Positions 15,578 to 23,442 of a stretch of 32,000 bases of DNA are shown here, one piece after another. The notes below the pieces were generated by a model. The model was not told the origin of the DNA, made no database searches, and saw only the letters and a program-made list of their open reading frames with translations. Location: assembly GCA_001510275.1 (NCBI GenBank), contig LFEY01000021.1:18414-50413 (forward strand). The letters run 5' to 3'. This DNA is from Thaumarchaeota archaeon casp-thauma3. GTDB lineage: Archaea; Thermoproteota; Nitrososphaeria; Nitrososphaerales; Nitrosopumilaceae. Numbering within the stretch: the stretch's first letter is position 1; every line of letters starts with the position of its first letter. The position numbers were made by a program, and so were the translations under genes.

Positions 15578-15897
15578 ATTATAGTTTGAAAATAGTAGAT
15601 GTTAAATCTTTCAATAATTCCAAAGTTTGAAAAAACCTGATCTTTTTTAATTAAAATTTTGACGCTTTACTAAAATTTGGAGCATGTTTTTTGTCCTTAT
15701 TTTTAAATAATTTATGGTGTTCTTTGCATAAATTTCTGGTTTCTCTAAAACTGATTTTTACTCTTTCTACTGCTTTTAACTTACATTCTGAAATACTACA
15801 TTGCAATATACCAAATATTCATTATTTGTTAATAAAACTTTGAAATTATATAATTACCTTCTATTATCTTTTTATCATTGAATAATATCGAAAAATT

Positions 15898-16104
15898 ATG
15901 AATGATGAGAAAGGAAAGCGATTTTTAGAATTAATTGATGAGCAAAATAATCTTCAGTGGAGTATTGTTGCAAAATTATCTTCTTTGATTAGATCAAAAT
16001 GGAATTCTATTGAATTACAAAGTGAGCTTGAAACATTAGTTGAAAAGCATTTTAAAATCACTAAAGAACTTAACAGTCTTGATGAAAATAGCAGTATCTT
16101 ATAA
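15898..16104 (+). CDS. Small hypothetical helical protein (68 aa)
   Basis: ATG start with a T/A-rich TATA-like element (ctttttatca) about 25 nt upstream. The 3' end overlaps the convergent ctaB gene by 6 nt. Confidence 0.4.
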   Translation: MNDEKGKRFLELIDEQNNLQWSIVAKLSSLIRSKWNSIELQSELETLVEKHFKITKELNSLDENSSIL

Positions 16105-17028
16105 TGCAGAGTCTACCATTAATGCAATAAACAATACTGCCAAATAGGGACTAGAAAATTTAAACAAAGTCCATGATGCTTTCTCCATAGGCTTGATTAT
16201 GACCCATATTGATAATGCAATCATTAATGCACCTGATGTAATTGCAGTCCACAAATATATTCCCCCTACCATCGCTTCACCACTTTCAGTTGTTATGAAG
16301 AATGGTGCAATTGAAAACAATATCATAACAACAGTAGAGCCTGCAATAACTCTTGCAGATGTTTTTTCAGATTGAACTGCAGTTAACATTGGAACATTTA
16401 CTTTGTTATAATCATCTTTGAAATGTAACGTTAAAGCCCAAATGTGCATTGGAATCCAAATAAATACTAATCCTGCCATTGCAAGACCCATCGTCCATAA
16501 ATCAGACATACTTACAGCTACCCATCCAATCAAAGGAGGTGAACCCCCACATAATCCTCCTAAAATTATGTTAGTTCTTGAAGTTCGTTTTAACATATAA
16601 GAGTAAACAAGAACGTTATTTACTAATCCAAATGCAATGAATCCAGTTGCCCATGCACCTTGTTCTAATGTAGTTGTAAACGAAATTCCAAATGCCAAAA
16701 CTAATGATATTCCTGCTAATACTAATCCAAAATTTCTTGCTTTTACTGCAGGATAAATTCTCTTTGATGGGAGAGGTCTATCCTTTGTTCTTTCCATTAT
16801 TGCATCGATATCTCTATCATGATAATTTGTCAAAGTATTGGCAGCTGCTGAACCTGCTGCAACTGAAAATAACATTAATACCCAAGTTGCTGGAGAAATT
16901 TCAATATCATAAATATTAGATGCTGTTAATGCTGCACCAAATGCAGTAAACACTAGTAAATACCATATTTTTGGCTTTGTTAATTCATAATATACAGCAA
17001 CACGAGATTCTGACTTTTGTTTTTGCAA
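16099..17028 (-). CDS. ctaB: Protoheme IX farnesyltransferase (heme O synthase, UbiA family)
   Basis: YELTKPKI near the N-terminus and NYHDRDIDAIMERTKDRPLPS (UbiA/CtaB Asp-rich motif), in a polytopic membrane protein of ~310 aa. TTG start. Confidence 0.85.
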   Translation of the reverse strand: MQKQKSESRVAVYYELTKPKIWYLLVFTAFGAALTASNIYDIEISPATWVLMLFSVAAGSAAANTLTNYHDRDIDAIMERTKDRPLPSKRIYPAVKARNFGLVLAGISLVLAFGISFTTTLEQGAWATGFIAFGLVNNVLVYSYMLKRTSRTNIILGGLCGGSPPLIGWVAVSMSDLWTMGLAMAGLVFIWIPMHIWALTLHFKDDYNKVNVPMLTAVQSEKTSARVIAGSTVVMILFSIAPFFITTESGEAMVGGIYLWTAITSGALMIALSIWVIIKPMEKASWTLFKFSSPYLAVLFIALMVDSAL

Positions 17029-17030
17029 TA

Positions 17031-17498
17031 CTATTCACTATCCTTTGATGACATATATGGCATTACTTTAGTTCGTGATTTCATTTCAATAAACGATTCT
17101 GAAGACTGGACTCCTTCAATCCTGCCAATTTGTTCAGAGACCATTTTATGCATCTGATCTAATGATTTTGAATACATAGTTATCAGTATGTCAAATCTAC
17201 CTGTAACTTCTGCAATCTCTCGGACTCCGTTAATCTTGAATAATTCTGTAATTATATGATCGCGTTTTTTTGTATCCATATTAATTCCAGTTAACGCTTT
17301 GACATTATAGCCAAGTTCAGCATCGTTGACAACAATTGTAAAACGTTCAATTAATTTTCTTTTGACTAGTCTTTTGATTCTTGAATAGATTACTGATGCG
17401 TTTACATTGATTTTTTTTGATAAACGTGGAACTGAAATTGATGCGTCGTTAGATAATTCTGATAAAATTTGTAAATCTAAATCATCTACTTTTACCGT
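17031..17498 (-). CDS. Lrp/AsnC-family transcriptional regulator (HTH + RAM domain); apparent non-canonical start
   Basis: The track shows only the RAM half (17031-17279). My hand translation of the same frame upstream gives (T)VKVDDLDLQILSELSNDASISVPRLSKKINVNASVIYSRIKRLVKRKLIERFTIVVNDAELGYNVKALTGIN, a complete Lrp HTH. It is open back to ACG 17496-17498, directly after an in-frame TGA (17499-17501). Confidence 0.7.
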   Translation of the reverse strand, partial: TVKVDDLDLQILSELSNDASISVPRLSKKINVNASVIYSRIKRLVKRKLIERFTIVVNDAELGYNVKALTGINMDTKKRDHIITELFKINGVREIAEVTGRFDILITMYSKSLDQMHKMVSEQIGRIEGVQSSESFIEMKSRTKVMPYMSSKDSE

Positions 17499-17532
17499 TC
17501 AAAACACCCGAACCGATCTAGATTTCTGGTTC

Positions 17533-17539
17533 TTATAAA
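17533..17539 (-). promoter_or_regulatory. TATA-like box (tttataa on minus strand) 34 nt upstream of the ACG codon at 17498
   Basis: It is followed by GGTG (17508-17505, Shine-Dalgarno-like) 6 nt before the ACG. Confidence 0.4.
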
Positions 17540-17569
17540 GTTATTATTGTAAAAATTGCAAAAAATAGT

Positions 17570-18646
17570 CTAAATCTTGCCTTTTTTGTATAGCATTTCT
17601 GCTAGTAAAATTGCACCTTTTGCTGAACCCATTTTCTTGTTGTGTGAGAACAACATGTATTTGAGTCCATTATCAAACAGTTCTTCTTTTTCAACTCTTC
17701 CAATTGTTGTAGTCATTCCACCACCAACAGATCTTTCCATTCTTGGTTGAGGTCTTGTTGGATCATCATGAAATGCATAGTATTTTTTTGGTGCAGAAGG
17801 TAATCCTTCAACTGAACTATTTTGATTGTAAGAGTTGTAAAGTTCTTTGGCTTTTGCAGAATCAACATACTCTGAAGTTTCTACAAAGACAGATTCAGTA
17901 TGTCCATCAATTACAGGAACTCTAGTACAAGTACAACTGATTTTGATATCTGCATCCTCAATTTTACCGTCTTTGAGTTTTCCTAAGATCTTTTTTGTCT
18001 CAATTTTGACTTTCTCTTCCTCTTTTGGAATGTATGGTATGATATTATCCGTAATTCCCATTGCAGATACTCCTGATTTTCCACCACCAGAGATTGCTTG
18101 CATTGAGGTCATCATAACTTTTTTTACACCATATTTGTCTTGTAATGGTTTTAGTGTAATTGCTAAACCTGTAGTAGTACAATTTGGTAGTGGTGCCACC
18201 CAGCCTTTCCAGTTACGGTTTTTCTTTTGAGTTTCAAGTAATTCAGAGTGTTCATCATTTACTCCTGGAATAAGAATTGGAACATCATCTTCATATCTAT
18301 ATGCAGAGCTAGTTGAAATTACTGGCAAGTCTGCTGCCATTTTAGTTTCAATGTCTCTTGCAGCTACTGATTCAACTGCTGAAAACACTAGATCTAATTG
18401 TGATACGTCAAGATCGTCAATTTTTTTGACAGTCATTGATTTGATATATTCAGGAATATCTCCTCCAACATCCCATGCAATAATCCCACTTGCATCTTTG
18501 ATTGCATCAAGATAGTTCTTACCTGCTGAACGCTCAGAAGCAGCAATTTGAGTTACCTCAAACCATGGGTGATTCTCTAAAGATATGACGAATTCCTGTC
18601 CTACAGCCCCTGTTACTCCAATAATTGCAACTCTTTTCTTATCCAT
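17570..18646 (-). CDS. asd: Aspartate-semialdehyde dehydrogenase (archaeal type)
   Basis: RVAIIGVTGAVGQEF (NAD(P) binding) and PNCTTTGLAI (active-site Cys). ATG 18646 is preferred over the track TTG 18670. Some archaeal paralogues of this family are acyl-CoA reductases, so the substrate assignment is not absolute. Confidence 0.8.
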   Translation of the reverse strand: MDKKRVAIIGVTGAVGQEFVISLENHPWFEVTQIAASERSAGKNYLDAIKDASGIIAWDVGGDIPEYIKSMTVKKIDDLDVSQLDLVFSAVESVAARDIETKMAADLPVISTSSAYRYEDDVPILIPGVNDEHSELLETQKKNRNWKGWVAPLPNCTTTGLAITLKPLQDKYGVKKVMMTSMQAISGGGKSGVSAMGITDNIIPYIPKEEEKVKIETKKILGKLKDGKIEDADIKISCTCTRVPVIDGHTESVFVETSEYVDSAKAKELYNSYNQNSSVEGLPSAPKKYYAFHDDPTRPQPRMERSVGGGMTTTIGRVEKEELFDNGLKYMLFSHNKKMGSAKGAILLAEMLYKKGKI

Positions 18647-18731
18647 AATTTGATAATTAATCGCATTCAATTAATAATCGTTTTTTAAACTACCAAAAGA
18701 TACTATATCGCCTATATTCCTATTTTGTACT

Positions 18732-19811
18732 GTGAAAATAAAAGTAAAACATGCTATTACAAGTCATAATCCGGTATCTCACGGAGGAAGGTACTCTGTA
18801 AATAATCAAGATCCTAGTATTGTAGATTTTAGCTCAAACATTGGTCCTGCTGGAATGCCTATCTCTGTCAAATCAATCTTGAAAAAAAGACTGAATCAAA
18901 TGGAATACTATCCTGATTCACATTCTAGTGATTTGATATATGGTCTCAAAAAATACACTGGATTGCCAGAATCAAACTTAATTGTTGGAAATGGTGCAAT
19001 TGAGATAATCTATAATTTCTGTAGTGCGTTTTTATCAAAAAAATGTATTTTGATTCCTGTACCTACATTTGGAGAATATGAGGTTGCAGCAAAACTTGCT
19101 GATTGTAAAGTTACCTTTTTTAAAACAATGAATCTTGCTGAAAATCTTGATTCTTTCATTTCTCAAATCCCTGTAAATGGATGCATCTTTGTTTGTAATC
19201 CAAATAATCCTACTGGAACTATTTTATCAAAAAAACAACTAATCAAAATTCTATTAGCTGCTAAACGTAAATCTTGTATTGTATTTGTTGACGAATGCTT
19301 TATTGAACTAGTTCCACAATCAAATCAATCTATATTAAATTTAGTAAAAATATATGATAATTTATTTGTATTAAGATCACTTACAAAATCATTTGGCCTA
19401 GCTGGTATTCGAATTGGATATGCAGGAGCTTCAAAACAAATTATAGATATTCTACAAAAAATGAAAATTCCTTGGAGTGTTAATACTTTAGCTCAAGAGG
19501 CTGGCATAATAGCAATCAAAAATAAATCACATCTTACAAAATCAAAATCTATAATAAAAAAAGAATCTAGTTTTCTTAAAAGTAAGATTACTGATATACA
19601 AGGCTTTGAGTGTCATGACTCTTCTACTAATTTTATTCTAATCAAAACAAAACAAGACTCTACAAAACTCCAAAAAAAATTACTGAAACACAAAATCTTG
19701 ATTCGAGATTGTAAAAACTTTCGTGGTCTAAACAATCATTACATTAGAATTGCAGTAAAGTCTCATAAAGATAATATAAAACTATTACAAGCATTGGAGG
19801 CAGTCGTATGA
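18732..19811 (+). CDS. cobD: L-threonine-O-3-phosphate decarboxylase (CobD; class I/II aminotransferase fold)
   Basis: N-terminal HGG...DFSSNIGPAGMP and SLTKSFGLAGIRIGY (PLP Lys) are present. It is first in an overlapping cobalamin operon. The GTG start is required to include the HGG motif. Confidence 0.75.
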   Translation: MKIKVKHAITSHNPVSHGGRYSVNNQDPSIVDFSSNIGPAGMPISVKSILKKRLNQMEYYPDSHSSDLIYGLKKYTGLPESNLIVGNGAIEIIYNFCSAFLSKKCILIPVPTFGEYEVAAKLADCKVTFFKTMNLAENLDSFISQIPVNGCIFVCNPNNPTGTILSKKQLIKILLAAKRKSCIVFVDECFIELVPQSNQSILNLVKIYDNLFVLRSLTKSFGLAGIRIGYAGASKQIIDILQKMKIPWSVNTLAQEAGIIAIKNKSHLTKSKSIIKKESSFLKSKITDIQGFECHDSSTNFILIKTKQDSTKLQKKLLKHKILIRDCKNFRGLNNHYIRIAVKSHKDNIKLLQALEAVV

Positions 19812-20647
19812 AATCTTTGATGGTTCAGGGAACTACTTCTGGTGCTGGTAAGACTACACTAGTTGCAGCATTATGCAGAATATTTACTGACAAGGGCTAC
19901 AGTGTGGCCCCATTCAAATCACAAAACATGTCAAATTTCGGCTATGCCACACCTGATTTTGAGATATCTCGTGCCCAAGCAATTCAGGCAATATCTGCTC
20001 GATGCCAAATTACACCTGATCTCAATCCGATAATGCTCAAGCCATTAGGAAATTACTATAGTACAGTCTATCTCAATGGTAAGCGTTACAAGAAAATGCA
20101 TGCAAAAGAGTACTATGCAAAATTTGTAAAATCAAAAGGAATCAAAGCAGCAACTGATTCTTTATCTAGACTCAAGAAAAACTATGATTTGGTAATTTTA
20201 GAGGGAGCAGGTTCACCAGCTGAAATCAATTTACAAAAGTATGATATTGCAAATATGCAGATTGCTCAGAAAGCAAATGCATCAGTTTTGTTAGTATCAG
20301 ATATTGATAAAGGGGGATCTTTTGCAAGTTTAGTAGGAACTATGGCACTAATTGAGAAAAAATATCAAAAATTAGTCAAGGGATTTGTATTCAACAAATT
20401 TCGTGGAGATATTGATGTACTAAAGCCAGGATTCAGAAAACTAAAACAAATTACAAAGATTCCAGTTTTAGGAACTATTCCAATGATAAAGATGAATATT
20501 CCTGAAGAGGACTCACTTGATGCAAAACCAAAAGAGATTGCTTGGACCAAAAATAATATTGCTAAAATTGATAAAGAACTAGACAAACTAGCAAAAATTG
20601 TAAAAAATAATCTGGATATAAAAACAATTGAGAGGATGATAAAATGA
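19808..20647 (+). CDS. CobQ/CbiP-like ATP-binding domain protein lacking the glutamine amidotransferase domain
   Basis: MVQGTTSGAGKTTLVAALCR, APFKSQNMSN, EISRAQA, LEGAGSPAEINL, DIDKGGSFASLVGT, GFVFNKFRGD and PEEDSL match cobyric acid synthase up to the interdomain linker. The ORF then ends (279 aa) in a short Lys-rich helix. ATGA overlaps at both ends. Confidence 0.75.
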   Translation: MKSLMVQGTTSGAGKTTLVAALCRIFTDKGYSVAPFKSQNMSNFGYATPDFEISRAQAIQAISARCQITPDLNPIMLKPLGNYYSTVYLNGKRYKKMHAKEYYAKFVKSKGIKAATDSLSRLKKNYDLVILEGAGSPAEINLQKYDIANMQIAQKANASVLLVSDIDKGGSFASLVGTMALIEKKYQKLVKGFVFNKFRGDIDVLKPGFRKLKQITKIPVLGTIPMIKMNIPEEDSLDAKPKEIAWTKNNIAKIDKELDKLAKIVKNNLDIKTIERMIK

Positions 20648-21615
20648 TTCTAGAGTCTATTGTAATTGTTGCATTTGCGTTAGGATTAGACTTTGCATTT
20701 GGAGATCCTAAGAGTAGATATCATCCAACTGCATGGATTGGAACATTAATTGCAAAGATAACGCCACTAGCTAAAAACCAAAATGTATATGTTGAAAAAC
20801 TTGGAGGAATCTTTGTAGTTGCAATAACTGTAGGAGTTGTAGTTACATTACTTTTAATTTTAGATACTGGAATTTCATTATTAACAACTGACTTGGTAAC
20901 CATAATTATTTCAGTTGTAGTTGGAGTGATACTTCTCAAGACTACTATTGCTATTCGAGGCATGGAACGCTATGCTCTATCTGTAGTATATTCTCTAGAG
21001 CAAGATAATTTGGATTCTGCACGAGCAAATCTATCCATGATTGTTAAAAGAAATACCAAGAATTTAGACAAAAATCACATTATTTCAGGCGTACTTGAAA
21101 GCATTAGTGAAAATACTGTTGATGGAATTACTGGACCTCTATTTTATTATGCCATTTTTGGTCTACCTGGGGCATTTGTATACAGAGTAATTAACACTGC
21201 AGATTCAATGATTGGGTATAAGACAGATATTTTCAAAAATGTAGGATGGTTTGCTGCAACCTGTGATACCATTTTAAATTATATCCCTTCTAGACTCACA
21301 GGATTGATCATGATCATTTCAGCTGCAATCTTACAAAATAATTGGAAAGAATCATACAAGATAATGATACGTGATGGTAAAAAAACTGAAAGTCATAATG
21401 CAGGATATCCTATGGCTGCATTGGCTGGAGCTCTTGAAACAAAGTTTGAAAAATTAAACCATTACAAATTAGGAAATGGTGAAATCATTCTAACAAAAGA
21501 ACATGTCTACTCTGCAATTACAATGATGAAACTCACTTCGATTATTTTCTTTGGAATAGTAACTATTCCAATAATTACTGTTTTATCTCTAGCTGGATGG
21601 TGGATTCATGCTTAA
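20644..21615 (+). CDS. cbiB: Adenosylcobinamide-phosphate synthase CbiB (CobD in Pseudomonas nomenclature)
   Basis: LDFAFGDPKSRYHPTAWIG N-terminal signature, ADSMIGYK and ESHNAGYPMAA, in a polytopic membrane protein. Confidence 0.85.
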   Translation: MILESIVIVAFALGLDFAFGDPKSRYHPTAWIGTLIAKITPLAKNQNVYVEKLGGIFVVAITVGVVVTLLLILDTGISLLTTDLVTIIISVVVGVILLKTTIAIRGMERYALSVVYSLEQDNLDSARANLSMIVKRNTKNLDKNHIISGVLESISENTVDGITGPLFYYAIFGLPGAFVYRVINTADSMIGYKTDIFKNVGWFAATCDTILNYIPSRLTGLIMIISAAILQNNWKESYKIMIRDGKKTESHNAGYPMAALAGALETKFEKLNHYKLGNGEIILTKEHVYSAITMMKLTSIIFFGIVTIPIITVLSLAGWWIHA

Positions 21616-22333
21616 AGAAATTGGGTCTGTTTTTTCTTTTCTAACAATCTTTCCATCATCAAATGCAACCCTAGAAAATATTGCAAAATACATGTATTTT
21701 TTTCCTATCGTTGGAATTGCAATTGGACTTTTAGTTGGTTCTTTTGGTTTTGGACTATCTTTCTTTTTAGATCCTTTGCTAGTTAGTCTGTTAGTAGTTG
21801 CTTCTATTGTAATTGTTACTGGAATACATCATGCAGATGGTTTAGCTGATTTTGCAGATGGACTTATGGTAAAAGGAAATAAAGATAAAAAACTTAAAGC
21901 AATGAAAGATCTTTCTACTGGCTCAGCAGGAATTGTTGCAATTGTTTTGTATCTTGTTGGTTTGATAATGACCATTTCTCTTACTAATGGATTTGATTTG
22001 TTTAGGGCAATTCTGATTAGTGAAATTTTGGCTAAATTCTCAATGGTATTAATGGCAAGTTTAGGAAATTCAGCCTCGTTAGGCTCAAATTCTCCTTTTG
22101 TAAAGATTATGAAAGACAAGAGAAAACTTTCAATTGCATTCATCATTATGATAATCCCTGTTGCTGTTATTGGTGAAACTACTGGATTTGTAATGCTTGG
22201 TGTGACTATTGCCTTGACGATATTTCTCCTAGCTATTTCTACTCGTAGTTTTGGTGGAATTACTGGTGATGTTCTTGGTGCTACTAACGAACTTACAAGA
22301 TTATCTTCCTTGATGGTATTTGTATCAATATGA
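21608..22333 (+). CDS. cobS: Adenosylcobinamide-GDP ribazoletransferase (cobalamin synthase CobS)
   Basis: FSFLTIFP N-terminus, HHADGLADFADGL and GGITGDVLGA motifs, in a membrane protein of ~240 aa. Confidence 0.85.
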   Translation: MLKEIGSVFSFLTIFPSSNATLENIAKYMYFFPIVGIAIGLLVGSFGFGLSFFLDPLLVSLLVVASIVIVTGIHHADGLADFADGLMVKGNKDKKLKAMKDLSTGSAGIVAIVLYLVGLIMTISLTNGFDLFRAILISEILAKFSMVLMASLGNSASLGSNSPFVKIMKDKRKLSIAFIIMIIPVAVIGETTGFVMLGVTIALTIFLLAISTRSFGGITGDVLGATNELTRLSSLMVFVSI

Positions 22334-22914
22334 TTGGTCTTGTAATGGCAGGTGGTAAAGGTACTCGTATGAATTTAGATAATGAAAAACTATTACTCCA
22401 ATACAAAAAACCCATAATACTTCATGTAGTTGATTCATTAAAAAATTCAAATTGTTTTTCAAAAATTTTAGCTATTACTAGTTCTCATTCCCCTAAAACA
22501 AAGAAATTACTGCAAGAAAATAATGTTGAAATTTTTGATACTCCTGGAATTGGTTATGTGGAAGATCTAAATTTAGCACTCAAAACTATCAATGATATAG
22601 TTTTAGTCACTTCTGGCGATTTACCATTATTAGATAAAGAAGTTATACAAAAAATTGTAAATCACTATGACTCTCAAAATATTTGGACTAGTATTCTAAT
22701 CACAAATAAATTCTTAACTACTCTTAGAATTGAATCTGATTATTCTATAAATTTCAATAATCAAGTATGTCATTATACTGGAATTTCTTTAATTAATTCA
22801 GAAAAAATCTTTTCACTTGAAAAGTTAGAAGAAAATTATGTTATAATTGATGATAAAAGAATTGCATTTAATCTAAATACAAAACAAGACTATGATTTAC
22901 TCAGCACTGCCTAA
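22330..22914 (+). CDS. cobY: Adenosylcobinamide-phosphate guanylyltransferase (archaeal CobY-type nucleotidyltransferase)
   Basis: GLVMAGGKGTRM NTP-transferase loop, ~195 aa, last gene of the overlapping cob operon. Confidence 0.7.
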   Translation: MIGLVMAGGKGTRMNLDNEKLLLQYKKPIILHVVDSLKNSNCFSKILAITSSHSPKTKKLLQENNVEIFDTPGIGYVEDLNLALKTINDIVLVTSGDLPLLDKEVIQKIVNHYDSQNIWTSILITNKFLTTLRIESDYSINFNNQVCHYTGISLINSEKIFSLEKLEENYVIIDDKRIAFNLNTKQDYDLLSTA

Positions 22915-23094
22915 GATTTTGCCATTTATTTTGGCTTTTGAGCCTGTTGCTTCTGCAATAGTGTTACCACAAGAATTGCAGGCAACTTGTGTTGATGCAT
23001 GAGAATAAACTACTTGCATTTCACCACATTCATCACAGTTGACTTTTTGAAACTTGCTGGATGGTTTTGGAATTTCAATATGATCTTTTTTCAT
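22897..23094 (-). CDS. rps27e: 30S ribosomal protein S27e
   Basis: Zinc ribbon with CDECGEMQVVYSHASTQVACNSCGNTI, 65 aa, downstream of rpl44e with an ATGA overlap. Confidence 0.9.
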   Translation of the reverse strand: MKKDHIEIPKPSSKFQKVNCDECGEMQVVYSHASTQVACNSCGNTIAEATGSKAKINGKILGSAE

Positions 23095-23372
23095 GCTGCC
23101 ACCAACTCAAATTTCTTAATTCTAATGCCTGGTTTATTGTATTTCTTTTTACATACAGTACATGTCATAATAGGAGTAACTTTCTTTGTAACTTTGGCTG
23201 GCTTTGCTAGTTTTGGAAATTTCTGTCCTCCATATCCTCGTTTACGTTCTGCATGTCTACGTTCACCTCTAGCAGAACCACGTCTTTTTCCAGCCTTGTA
23301 AATGGAGACCTTTTGTTCAGTATGTGTTTTACATTTTGCACAATACTTTCTGATCACCTTGGGAATGTTCAT
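23091..23372 (-). CDS. rpl44e: 50S ribosomal protein L44e
   Basis: YCAKCKTHTEQKVSIYKAGKRR...GYGGQ...CTVCKKK, the typical L44e zinc-binding protein. Confidence 0.9.
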   Translation of the reverse strand: MNIPKVIRKYCAKCKTHTEQKVSIYKAGKRRGSARGERRHAERKRGYGGQKFPKLAKPAKVTKKVTPIMTCTVCKKKYNKPGIRIKKFELVAA

Positions 23373-23394
23373 ATCAACAAAACCTTCTCAACGG

Positions 23395-23404
23395 TAATTT
23401 AAGC
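23395..23404 (-). promoter_or_regulatory. TATA-like element (gcttaaatta on minus strand) about 27 nt upstream of rpl44e ATG 23372
   Basis: Position and sequence fit a leaderless r-protein operon promoter. Confidence 0.4.
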
Positions 23405-23410
23405 ATTGAA

Positions 23411-23419
23411 TCTATAATA
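23411..23419 (+). promoter_or_regulatory. TATA-like element (tctataata) about 28 nt upstream of GTG 23443
   Basis: Supports the GTG 23443 start of the adenine deaminase gene as a leaderless start, rather than ATG 23491. Confidence 0.4.
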
Positions 23420-23442
23420 GGTGCAAAATCCAATTAATAACT

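Noticed and set aside
2223-15600. Window-wide enrichment of the TCTACTAT motif as a regulon signal. Sites: about 2223, about 3448, 7942, 7961, 13293 and 15591-15598 (reverse complement).
   Set aside because: My rough composition-based expectation is ~2-3 chance hits, against 6 seen. Two of the hits are inside coding sequence. That is not significant enough without a proper background model, so only the tandem copy at 7941-7975 is reported.
17031-17279. Taking the track ORF at face value as a stand-alone 82-aa RAM-domain protein.
   Set aside because: The in-frame upstream 73 codons encode an intact Lrp-type HTH with no stop, which is very unlikely for non-coding DNA in a 33% GC genome. It is kept only as an alternative or dual-product possibility in the finding.
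18653-18680. Repeated AATTAAT(A)ATCG strings between asd and cobD, considered as an operator.
   Set aside because: They coincide with the expected TATA-box position for asd, and the copies are short and AT-only. There is no evidence beyond ordinary promoter elements.
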